A stretch of 64,000 bases of DNA, taken from assembly GCF_037042905.1 (NCBI RefSeq), contig NC_087251.1, forward strand, positions 36,396,001 through 36,460,000, read 5' to 3'. Source of the stretch: Lytechinus pictus (lineage: Eukaryota). The notes beneath the pieces were generated by a model, which saw only the letters and a program-made list of their open reading frames with translations, made no database searches and was not told where the DNA came from. This document shows, piece by piece, positions 25,960-37,818 of the stretch (positions are counted from its first letter, which is position 1; every line of letters starts with the position of its first letter). The position numbers were made by a program, and so were the translations under genes.

Positions 25960-26233
25960 CTAACACCATTCAGCTAATTGTCACTTGGTATAACGTCCAG
26001 ATGGTCGGATTTGCAATATTTCTGCTTGCTTTTTTGATGCACTTTGTCAATTCAGATTTGGTTCATAGACTGTTCACCTTGTTATGCAGACTAAGTTGTG
26101 TTAGACCAAGTGGATATTAGACAAAATGGATATAGCCTTACTGGAAATTAGACAAAATGGCTAATTGGCTAAGTGGCAATTAGACCAAACAGAATGTAGG
26201 CAGAGCAGGTGTAGACCAAGTGGCAATTTACCC
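25960..26233. mobile_element. Decayed copy of the tagaccaa/ttggtcta-repeat Mutator-like MITE family (others at ~17490-17650, 18540-18745, 44545-44840, 56855-57310)
   Basis: Periodic tagac(c/a)aa motifs ending gtagaccaagtggcaatttacc, as in 40229-41190. Confidence 0.55.
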
Positions 26234-26647
26234 ATTTACTGTCCATGTTCCAGGCAAAAATAAAAATTTTATTTTCGGGGGCCATTCACAAATTAATGAC
26301 TTAGTTTGCAACATCAGATAAGCTTTAACATTTCAGTAAATGAGGATTTTACAGGGCTATTTTTTTTTTGGGGGGGGGGGGTGGGGGTCAAAATTGCCCA
26401 GAGCCCCTGTGTAATTCCCCCCCCCCTGCAGTATACACCCAAACTGTTATCATGTGGTATCTTACAAGCCCTCTTGCTTCTCCCCCAATAATAGGTCCAG
26501 TGCATCATCGATGACTTGCACGAATCTAACAAGTCATCTGTACAGTACTTTATAAACCAAGAAATGCGGTTTGTACTTTAGACATAGATTAATGTACCCC
26601 CTGCTCGTGAATGCTCTTGTAAAACCTGATAATTCCATTCCCCTATA

Positions 26648-29441
26648 TAGTCCAGGATAGAAGGGGTCGAACCTTGTTTTTTTATATATACAATGTTTTT
26701 TTATGGTTTCTTGTCAATTCGAGGGTGCTGATTCCGAATCTGAATGATGCCACTCGTGTAACCTTGAGCATTTTCTGCAAATTGGCAAAATCCAATATGG
26801 CCGCCAAAATATTCAAATTACCCATGAAAATCATAAAATTGTCCACACATTGGCTATAAAGTACATGTAATTGTGCTGCCGGAGTGAAATAATATCTGAA
26901 AAAATGATTTTTGTCAAAATATTTATTTTCTTGATATCAAAATGGCCGCCATCATAGACCCCTGTACAATATGAATGGGGAAAATTAATTTTTACAAAAT
27001 TGAGCACTGAAATGCAAGTAATTATGATCTTTGAGTGAAGCAATGTCTGAAAACATGATTGCTAACGATATATATCATTTGTTATGTCAGTTATGTGATA
27101 AATCCTGTATTTTGATATTCAAAATGGCCTCCAAAAGCCCTAACACTATTATGTACAATGTGAATGGTGACACAAAAAAATCACAAGAGTGAGCACTAAA
27201 ATGCATTTTGTTAAGATAAACGAGTGGAATACTGACTAAAAACATTATTGTTAACGAAATTTATTATTTAACATGCCATGTATGTGATAAACCCTGTATT
27301 TTGATATTTAATATGGCCGCCAAAGGCCCTAAAATTATGATCTACGATGTGAGAGAGGACAAAACAATCACAAGGTGAGCACTAAAACGTATTTTTTTGT
27401 GGTAAATTAGTGGAATACTGTCTTCAAATATAATTTGCAACGAAATATATTATTCGGGTTTCATATTTGTGTTAAATATTGTATTTTGACTTTCAAAATG
27501 GCCGCCAAAAGACATTGACTGTTTTATGTACAATCGATCTGGGAAACCAATTTTCACAGGAGTCAGCACCATAACCATAACATGCATATAATTGTGATTT
27601 AAGAGTAAAATATTGTCTGAAAACATGATTTCTAACAAGATATATCATTCATTCTGCCAGGTAGGTGATAAATAATGTATTTTGAAAGTCAAAATGGCCG
27701 CTACAGGCCCTAACGGTAGGCCTATTATGTACTTTGTGAATGGGAACATTTTAACAGAATTTGGCTTTGCTTGACTAAATGGTGTTGCATGTATGAGTGA
27801 AATAGCGTCTGAAATATGATTTCTAACCAAATAGATCATTTCTTATGTTATTTCGGTGATAAATGCTATATTTAAATTTCAAAATGGCTGCAATATGTTT
27901 CTTTGTGGAAATTATCTTTCCCCATTCAAATTTTACATATTAAGATAAGGGACTATGGCGGCCATTTTTCATTTTTAAAAGGCTGCATTCATCACCTTTA
28001 TGACACAAGCTATCATTAGCTATGATATATTTCGTTAGAAATCATTGGGTTTAGACAATACTTAACACTTACATCAAAATTAAGCCATTTTCATAGTAAA
28101 AATTTTGTCAAAATTATCTGTCCCCAGTTACAATGTACATACTACTTTGGGCTATGGCAGCAATTTTGAATTTCAAAGTAAGGCCTTTATTACCTTCTCA
28201 ACCATCATGTGATGTATTTAGTCAGAAATCATGTTCAAGACCAAATTTTACCTATACATCACATAGTTACGTGCGTTTTTGGTTCTCATTCTGGTGATGA
28301 TTAGTTTCCCTATACGCATGTTACAGAATTTGTAGGGGCTTGTGCGGCCGTTTTGAAAGTCAAAATACAGTATTTATCACCTACATGGGAGAGGAAATGT
28401 TATATTTCATTAAAAAAATCACGTTTTCAAACAATATTTTCCTTATACAACAGAATTATATGGATTTCATCGTCAGGCAAATCCTAATTCTTTCAAAAGT
28501 ATTTGTCCCCATTTACATTGTAGATAATACTGTAAGGGCCCATAGGCGCCATTTTGAATTTTACAATTCATCATTTATCTCATGCATGAAAAAGGAAATA
28601 ATATGTTTCGTCAGAAAACATGTTTTTAGACAATATTTCACTCGTAGATTACAATTACATTCATTTTATTGTTTTTACTCTTGTGAAAATTAGTTTCTTC
28701 ATTCGCTTTGTTCATAATACAGATAGGGCCTATGGCAGCCATTTTGAATGTCAACATGCAGCATAATTACCGAAATTGCAAGGGAAATGATATGTTTCGT
28801 TAGAAATCCTTGTTGTCAGACAGTGTTACACCAATATTTCGCAGTTATTGGCATTTTAAAGTCAAACAAATTCAAAGGTTGTGAAAATTATTTGTCCCTT
28901 TTATATATTGTACACAGTATATAAGGGGTCTATGACAGCCATTTTGAATATCATAATACAGCATTTATCACATTAGATAGTATACAAATGACATAGTTTT
29001 GTTAATAGTCATGTTTTCAGACAGTAGTCCACTCGCAGGTCACAATCACATGCGATAATAGTGCTCTTGTTTGAAAAAATAGTTTTCCCCATTCATATTC
29101 TACATAATAAAGTATACAGGGGTTATGGCGGCCATTTTGAATATCAATAAAATAAATATTTTGTCAAATATCGCTTTTCCAATTGGTATTTCACTTCTGC
29201 ACAACAACTACATGCATTTTATAGCTAATGTGTGGGCAATTTTATGATTTTCATGGGTAATTTGCATATTTTGGCGGCCATATTGGATTTTGCCAATTTG
29301 CGGAAAATGCTCAAGGTTACAAGAGTGGCATCATTCAGATTCGGAATCAGCACCCTCGAATTGACAAGAAACCATAAAAAAACATTGTATATCTAAAAAA
29401 ACAAGGTTCGACCCCTTGTCTATGGGGCCTATCCTGGACTA
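26648..29441. mobile_element. Academ-like non-autonomous foldback DNA transposon (2.8 kb)
   Basis: TAG...CTA termini (tagtccaggatag / ctatcctggacta) and a 3-bp TSD ata. Long TIRs (~300 bp), with internal ~190-bp repeats mirrored about ~27920. No ORF. Confidence 0.85.
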
Positions 29442-30424
29442 ATAGTAGCAGAGATAGATTGAGTTCATTCATTGACTTGAATGAGATAAACACATGTTTA
29501 CTGACACTGGCTGTGACCTATTTTAAATGGTAATGAAACCGACAAAGCAATTATTTTTAGTTCGTTGCAAAAACAGGTAATAAACATGAAATATTTGCAT
29601 GGTTGATTAGGGGTGCGTCCAATGTTTTGATTTGAGGAGTTCATCTGAGTTTAAATCCATTGTTGTGTTGTGATATGGTTATTACTTGAAACCACAGAAA
29701 TCTTTTATTGTAATTTTTAGTAACAGATAAAATTAAAAAATCATTTGAACTCTCAAACAAAGTTGAGTAAATGGTGTAATAAATGTGGTGAACTTCAGGT
29801 TAACTATAGTATCCAGTGCATTGTTTTTTAAACTGAAAAGATGTTCTACAAAACTCAATACCATAAATTTATATTTTACCACCACTCTGTTGTATAAGCC
29901 TTCATATTTCCCAATCATTGATGCCAACCATATCAACATGAGAAAGAGAAAGAATAGTCTCACAGGATAGTCATCAAGCAATTAGTTAAACATTACTATC
30001 TCAAATGTTACCCTACGTGTTACCTGAAATAAAACTTTAAAATACAGTTTACATCTGGTGTTGTGGTTTTATTCAGATAATTCACTATCATCCCTCTTAG
30101 TATTTAGGTGGATCAATGGCTTATCTAATTCAAACCCGATAATTCTTTATGTGGGCGTAGAGTGTGTGTGGGAGGTGCCAGAGTCCGCAGGGATCTTTTG
30201 TTACCAAGAGGGAACACTGGAACACTAGTGTTGCCTTCCATGTTTTCATGTCTTTTATCACGATCTTGACACTGTTCAACATGAATCTGTCTTTGCAACA
30301 GGTTGCAACATTCGTGACCTACTTTTAGATGAAAATATATTAAAAATCTTGTTCTCTGTATGATTTACAGGGTCTGAATAGGATTGGTGTGGGGTCCCTC
30401 TGACATGATAGGTTTTGACCTGTA

Positions 30425-30738
30425 GGCCCGTATTCTGTAGTCAGGTTTATCTTATACCACGGTCCAACTCTGTGCTGAAATTATGGGAAGCAAAAAGTAT
30501 CAAAATTTCTATTACATTGTATGTTTCTTATGTTTACTGTGCTCTTTCCTGATTCATTGATGGTGAAGACAATCATCTATTTATACTTCCTAGACAATTA
30601 TGAATGATTTGAGAGCCAAATGAGCTGAAATACGATACCTCTACTGTTAGTGATTTATGTAACAAATGGCTATCCATGATGGCTATACCACAACTTTAAA
30701 CCTGAGTTTAAGTTAAATCCGACTTCAAAATACGGGCC
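30425..30738. mobile_element. MITE (Harbinger-like)
   Basis: ggcccgtattctg.agtc.ggttta ... taaatccgacttcaaaatacgggcc. Confidence 0.7.
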
Positions 30739-31918
30739 ATGGGGTCTGCAGGCTCTAAATATTTAAGTTAAATTGCAATTTAGCTTGGTTAGGATAAAGT
30801 CTTATATAATCAGTAATCTAAAGGGTGTGTGTGTGTATGGGGGGGGGGGTTAGAGGTTTAGCTCTTTGGAATCATCTCCCTCTGGTTATATGTGTTCTGC
30901 TTTTCTGTTTAAATTTGATTTCCCGAGTAGGTATGTCTATATGGCCCTTTCTTTTATTCTTTTATATTTATTTTCTCTTTGCCTTTTCCTCTCTTTATTT
31001 TGGTTTTAATAATGTTTGTAATGGGTTTGCAGTATTATAAATCATATTGATAATTATGTGCAAATATTCTTTGAGATTTTATTCAAAAAAACATTTGAAA
31101 GCATACTTCTTTTTAATTTTTGTATTGATATTTCTTACTTGTTGTATTCCTGTTGTATATGTTTTTACTTAATGAAAAATATGTTGTTTGTGTTGAATGT
31201 TTCTAACATCAGTTAATAGTGCAGTTTAAGTTCTGTGGTTGCTGGAAATTGTTATCGGTATGTGCCATTATGACTATACAAAGGAAGATGGAAGTTCATA
31301 TTTCATCCAAATGAAATACAACCTTCACTTCATCATGAATTCTTGGTGGTATACCATTTCCAAATGCTCATCATTTTATTTCTTAAGATCTACATGGAAT
31401 GTACTTTTGTCTGGGTGGTGATCTGACTCAAGCTGATCAATTTGGCTATCAACACATCATCATGTCATCAATACAAGAGATGATTTTAAGATGGAACAAA
31501 TTATCTCTTGTAGCAGAAAGCAGTAACCAGAGTTGGCAGTTTTGTAGATCTGATTTAAAATGTTTTATGACATATAAAAGTAGAAAATTGAACTTGATAG
31601 AAAAATGCAGTGTTCCACTCTGTCTATCCCTGCTGGAAAGAATGCTATCACACAGTATGATCACAGTGTGTTCACAAAGTGGACTGTGTGAAAATATCAT
31701 TCACACTGTTGAAATGCTCAAATTCAACAGTGCGAAGGTACTTTCACACTGTGGACACCGCATTGTGACATTGTGACTGTTCACAACGTGTTCACATGGT
31801 CGACTATGTGAATGAATATGTGATTCACTGTTGAAATGCTCAAATTGAACAGTGTGAAGGTGTTTTCAAACTGTGGACGCCATGACAGTGCTACTGATCA
31901 TAGCATGTTCACATTGAT

Positions 31919-32116
31919 TGGTGGTGGTGATTTTTACCTGATTGCTAAGAAAGCATGAATGCTTGTAAGCAAGCAACCAGAGGACCGACGGTTTAATGTC
32001 CTCTCCGAAGGACCTGGTACTGAGGATTAATGCCTTACCAAAGGGCACTAGCGCACCAAGTGGGAATCGAACCGGGTCACCGGAATACGAATCCCCCGCT
32101 CTTCCAACTGAGCTAT
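31919..32116 (-). mobile_element. tRNA-derived SINE
   Basis: Minus strand: A box TAGCTCAGTTGG, B box GGTTCGATTCC, then a gtgccctttggtaaggcattaatcct body and a (cac)n tail. Confidence 0.85.
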
Positions 32117-32449
32117 TTGAATATGTGATTCACACTGTTGAAATGTTCAAATTGAACAGTGTGAAGGTGAGTTCACACTGTGGATGCCATGACAGTGTGA
32201 CTGATCACAGGGTGTTCACATGGTTGACTATGTGATTCACACTGTTGAAATGCTCAAATTCAACAGTGCGAAGGTACTATCACACTGTGGACACCGCGAC
32301 ATTGTGACTGTTCACAACATGTTCACATAGTCGACTATGTGAATGAATATGTGATTCACTGTTGAAATGCTCAAATTGAACAGTGTGAAGGTGTTTTCAA
32401 ACTGTGGACGCCATGACAATGCTACTGATCATAGCGTGTTCACATTGAT

Positions 32450-32647
32450 TGGTGGTGGTGATTTTTACCTGATTGCTAAGAAAGAATGAATGCTTGTAAG
32501 CAAGCAACCAGAGGACCGACGGTTTAATGTCCTCTCCGAAGGACCTGGTCCTGAGGATTAATGCCTTACCAAAGGGCACTAGCGCACCAAGTGGGAATCG
32601 AACCCGGGTCACCGGAATACGAATCCCCCGCTCTTCCGACTGAGCTA
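32450..32647 (-). mobile_element. tRNA-derived SINE, second copy
   Basis: Near-identical to 31919-32116, including its flanks, 531 bp downstream. Confidence 0.85.
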
Positions 32648-34939
32648 TTTGAATATGTGATTCACACTGTTGAAATGCTCAAATTGAACAGTGTGAAGGT
32701 GAGTTCACACTGTGGATGCCATGACAGTGTGACTGATCACCACATTTTCACATGGTTAACTACATGAATATGTGATTCACACTGTTGAAATGCTCAAATT
32801 GAACAGTGTGAAGGTGAGTTCACACTGTGGATGCCATGACAGTGTGACTGATCACAGGGTGTTCACATGGTTGACTATGTGATTCACACTGTTGAAATGC
32901 TCAAATGGAACAATGTGAAGGTGATTTCACACTGTGGACACCGCAACAGTGTGACTGTTCACAGCGTGTTCACATGGTTGACTATGTGAATACGTGATTC
33001 ACACTGTTGAAATGCTCAAATTGAACAGTGTGAAGGTGATTTCACATTGTGTTTCGCACTGTGAACACACTGTGGGACACTGTGGTTTTGTATATTCCCT
33101 CCAGCCCTACTCTGCGCCTATCTCCCTCCTTCACTCATTATCATAGTTCATAACAAAAATTTTCAAACCTTGATACATGTATTGCGATGATTCTTGTTTT
33201 ACTCTCGTAAAATATCTCCTGGAGATTTTTAACTTGCATTTTTAAACATCATTGATGATGCTTGTCATATTGCAATGTTAAATTTTTAAATATATACTTA
33301 TATTCAGTGAAGATTATTTAATTGGTGTTTGCTCCTGATTCACATTTGTGTCCGACCATGTTTTTTTTAACCATACATCTAATTATCCTATAAAATGTGG
33401 TTTTCAGTATTCATTTATTTTTTTTCTACCATTTCCATTTTAAAATTTCTTTGTGGTTTTCATCACAAGTTCACTTTGAGCTTCTTAATTCAGCTGCAAG
33501 TAGTGGTGCCAAACAGATCTCACATATTTTATCTTTTAATATTGTCTGATAACAGGATTTACCCCGTTTCTGCACTGCTGTTATTGGTAAAGATGCATTT
33601 ATATTGTCAATAATTATCCATTTATCCTAAAAAATTACAGTGGCTACATTTTGTTGTCATCCAATTGGAATTCTCATTCATTTTTTTCATCTAGGATTTT
33701 ATGGGAGCTAAACGGGTACTTTTGATGCTTTTATAATTTCTAAATAATTGTGTGAAACCTTTTAAAAAAATAATGATATTCATTGTTATAATTTTATTTT
33801 GAACTGGTAAATATTTGTTTGATGATTTTGGTTCATAGCATCAGTTACTCTCCAAATAGATGGATTTTAAAGTTCTAAAGTCTATTGATATAGTCAGCCT
33901 TCAAAAGATCAATGAATACATTTATTTAGTTGGCACATGCATATTTGTAGGTTTCACAAATAAAGGGAAAAAATGTTCAAATTTGTAATACAACACAAAT
34001 CTTTTGGTATTCGGTTAGCTTTTCGCCCTAAGGAGGCATCAAGAGATTATCTCAAATGACATTAAATTCATAGACAAACTTTGAATCAGGAATTTAGTTG
34101 TCCCATCCTGCATTTGGCAGGAAAAATCTTATTATTGTTCCATAGCTCTTCACATATATTTTGCCATATATTAGTTGAAATCTATGATCTTCTTTGAATG
34201 TAAGAAAATGGTTTACTGTAGATTCACACATGTTCTCTGAAAAAAAAAAATGTTTTGAAGTTTAAACATTTGCACTATATAATACTTACAGGGCTGCAAT
34301 TTGGCTTGCATAAAAAATCAAAGTTAGATGGATATGATATTCTTCTTGGGTAAAGTCTGATTCATCAGTAGAATTGACATTTCAAGTACTAAAGCAAAAT
34401 GTTTGTCTGGTCATATTGATTGTAGCCCTGTGAAGAGAAGAAAAAATATGTTAAAATCATATTCAAATTCATCTTCTTAGAGAGAAAGGACAGCATTTTG
34501 GGGGTTTGAGCTATGCAATATGTGTAATGATATTTATTGTGAGGTGGGAACAATATGTTTAATGTATAGATTATTCATTGAACGTACGCTGAATTATTAG
34601 AGGAATTTGAAATTATGTTTTAAAAATTGCCATAAAAGCTTAGTTGGATTTGCACTTTATTTGTCAATATTTGCTGGACTCTATCCTAAGCACATCTTTA
34701 AATCCTTTTGCTACATTACTCCAAGCGAATGCCTTGGTGTGGGGGAGTATGTTTCAGTCAATAGCCCATCAAAATATCATCCTGCATGAGACCTTCTAAG
34801 AGAGGGGAAAGCAACATACAAAAGAGGAGATCTTCAAATATGAACCTTCAAATACCTCTGTCAAATCTTCTTCACCCACCTTTGACTGTACATGAACTTT
34901 GTTCTACTTCGTTCAAGACATAGCTCATGGCATGCGTGA

Positions 34940-37150
34940 GGTATGACAAACTTACAAAGTTGTGACAAAGCCTACACATGGATCAACGAGAATGTCATTT
35001 ACATGTGTCAGTGTGTTACATGAAGTAGGGGCCTGTTTCATAAATACCTGTCACTATTAAACAGATGCTTGCAATCTGTAGGGAATATGAAACACCCACA
35101 AATTTGTGACAAAGCCTACACATGGATCATCAAGAATGTCATTTATATGTGTCAGTGTGTTACATGAAGTAGGGGCCTGTTTCATAAATACCTGACACTA
35201 TTTAACAGAAGCTTACAATCTGTAGGGAATATGAAACACTCATAAATGTTACAAAGCCTACACATGGATCATCAAGAATGTCATTTATATGTGTCAGTGT
35301 GTTACATGAAGTAGGGGCCTGTTTCATAAATACCTGTCACTATTAAACAGATGCTTGCAATCTGTAGGGAATATGAAACACCCACAAATTTGTGACAAAG
35401 CCTACACATGGATCATCAAGAATGTCATTTATATGTGTCAGTGTGTTACATGAAGTAGGGGCCTGTTTCATAAATACCTGTCACTATTTAACAGAAGCTT
35501 ACAATCTGTAGGGAATATGAAACACTCATAAATGTTACAAAGCCTACACATGGATCATCAAGAATGTCATTTATATGTGTCAGTGTGTTACATGAAGTAG
35601 GGGCCTGTTTCATAAATACCTGTCACTATTAAACAGATGCTTGCAATCTGTAGGGAATATGAAACACCCACAAATTTGTGACAAAGCCTACACATGGATC
35701 ATCAAGAATGTCATTTATATGTGTCAGTGTGTTACATGAAGTAGGGGCCTGTTTCATAAATACCTGTCACTATTTAACAGAAGCTTACAATCTGTAGGGA
35801 ATATGAAACACTCATAAATGTTACAAAGCCTACACATGGATCATCAAGAATGTCATTTATATGTGTCAGTGTGTTACATGAAGTAGGGGCCTGTTTCATA
35901 AATACCTGTCACTATTTAACAGAAGCTTACAATCTGTAGGGAATATGAAACACCCACAAAGTTGTTACAAAGCCTACACATGGATCAACTAGAATGTCAT
36001 TTACATGTGTCAGTGTGTTACATGAAGTAGGGGCCTGTTTCATAAATACATGTACCTGTCGGCAATGTAACAGACGTTCGTAATCTGTTGGGCAATGTGA
36101 AACACTCACAAAGTTGTGACAAAGCCTACACATGGATCAACGAGAATGTCATTTATATGTGTCAGTGTGTTACATGAAGTAGGGGCCTGTTTCATAAATA
36201 CCTGTCACTATTTAAGAGATGCTTGCAATCTGTAGGGAATATGAAACACTCATAAATGTTACAAAGCCTACACATGGATCATCAAGAATGTCATTTATAT
36301 GTGTCAGTGTGTTACATGAAGTAGGGGCCTGTTTCATAAATACCTGTCACTATTTAACAGAAGCTTACAATCTGTAGGGAATATGAAACACCCACAAAGT
36401 TGTTACAAAGCCTACACATGGATCAACTAGAATGTCATTTACATGTGTCAGTGTGTTACATGAAGTAGGGGCCTGTTTCATAAATACATGTACCTGTCGG
36501 CAATGTAACAGACGTTCGTAATCTGTTGGGCAATGTGAAACACTCACAAAGTTGTGACAAAGCCTACACATGGATCAACGAGAATGTCATTTATATGTGT
36601 CAGTGTGTTACATGAAGTAGGGGCCTGTTTCATAAATACCTGTCACTATTAAACAGATCTTGCAATCTGTAGGGAATATGAAACACTCTCAAATGTTACA
36701 AAGCCTACACAAGGATCATCAAGAATGTCATTTATATGTGTCAGTGTGTTACATGAAGTAGGGGCCTGTTTCATAAATACCTGTCACTATTTAACAGATG
36801 CTTACAATCTGTAGGGAATATGAAACACCCACAAAGTTGTTACAAAGCCTACACATGGATCAACTAGAATGTCATTTACATGTGTCAGTGTGTTACATGA
36901 AGTAGGGGCCTGTTTCATAAATACATGTAGTTGTTACAAAGCCTACACATGGATCAACTAGAATGTCTTTTATATGTGTCGGTGCGTTACATGAAGTAGG
37001 GGCCTGTTTCATAAATACCTGTCGTCAATGTAACAGATGCTTGCAATCTGTGGGGCAATATGAAACACTAAGTGGTTACAAAGCCTACACATGGATCAAC
37101 AAGAATGTTGTTTGTATGTTTTAGTGTGATAAACGAACCAGGGGCCTGTG
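34940..37150. repeat. Satellite-like tandem array, ~142-152-bp unit, ~15.5 copies
   Basis: acaaagcctacacatggatc recurs at 34965, 35109, 35251, 35395, 35537, 35681, 35823, 35967, 36119, 36261, 36405, 36557, 36698, 36842, 36936 and 37078. Confidence 0.97.
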
Positions 37151-37194
37151 TAACCCACCCCCTTCTGCCAGGCTGATAAAAACTTATGAATCCT

Positions 37195-37432
37195 GGGCCC
37201 CGTGTCACAATCAATCGTAACTATGGAAATCCATCAGTGTCATAATTTCTCCTGTAGGAAATTTGCACAATGTCCTTTGTAAACAAAGAGAAGCACAGTA
37301 ACAATGAATGCATGAATATACATCATAGTTAGAAAATATTTTGAACAAACATGAATAGTACATGCTGACGTTGCTGGCCGTCCATAGTTGGGATTGATCG
37401 GATCAATCATAACTCTTTGTGAGACAGGGCCT
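37195..37432. mobile_element. Harbinger-like MITE
   Basis: ggccccgtgtcacaa..atcgtaactatgg ... ccatagttg..tttgtgagacagggcc. Confidence 0.65.
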
Positions 37433-37771
37433 TGGGTTTACAATCTCTTGAAATCTTGTAAATGTCAGTGGTAGAAACTACATGTATATGCTTATTTACC
37501 AAAATTCTTGTATCTTTTTTTTTCTTGGTTTGAATTTGATTGCAACATCTCTCATTTCCTCTTTTGTCATTTTGGTACACTCTTGGACTTTTTGTTAATG
37601 TTCATTCTTGACATGTTCCTTTTGGTTGATGTTATAGGTTCTCTCATTGTCTCTTTCCCATGTATTCTTCCCTGTTAACATGTATTTTTAAGAGGCTTTG
37701 GATCTCAAATATTGGTGGGGGGGTGGGGGGTGGGCTGAAACAATCGTGAACCTGTTAACCATTAATTTAGA

Positions 37772-37818
37772 AAGTCAAAAAGGGGCCTAAGCTTTCGATC
37801 CTAGCAGAATCTTCGTCA
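37772..37818 (-). mobile_element. Tiny Penelope-like retroelement insertion carrying a truncated minimal hammerhead core
   Basis: Flanked by the 12-bp direct repeat cattaatttaga. Minus strand reads TGACGA-A-GATTC-tgcta-GGATC-GAAA-GCTT-A. Confidence 0.65.

Larger units (their letters stand above)
31650..33085. repeat. Minisatellite of ~105-120-bp units rich in ttcacactgtt/aacagtgtgaa hairpins, containing two SINE copies
   Basis: tgtgattcacactgttgaaatgctcaaattgaacagtgtgaagg recurs about 10 times. Confidence 0.9.

Noticed and set aside
31650..33085. Palindromic repeat-spacer array resembling CRISPR
   Set aside because: The inter-repeat segments are homologous to each other, and the only distinct inserts are SINE copies.
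34940..37150. CRISPR-like regular array
   Set aside because: Whole units are repeated with no unique spacers, there are no cas genes, and the context is a eukaryotic intron.
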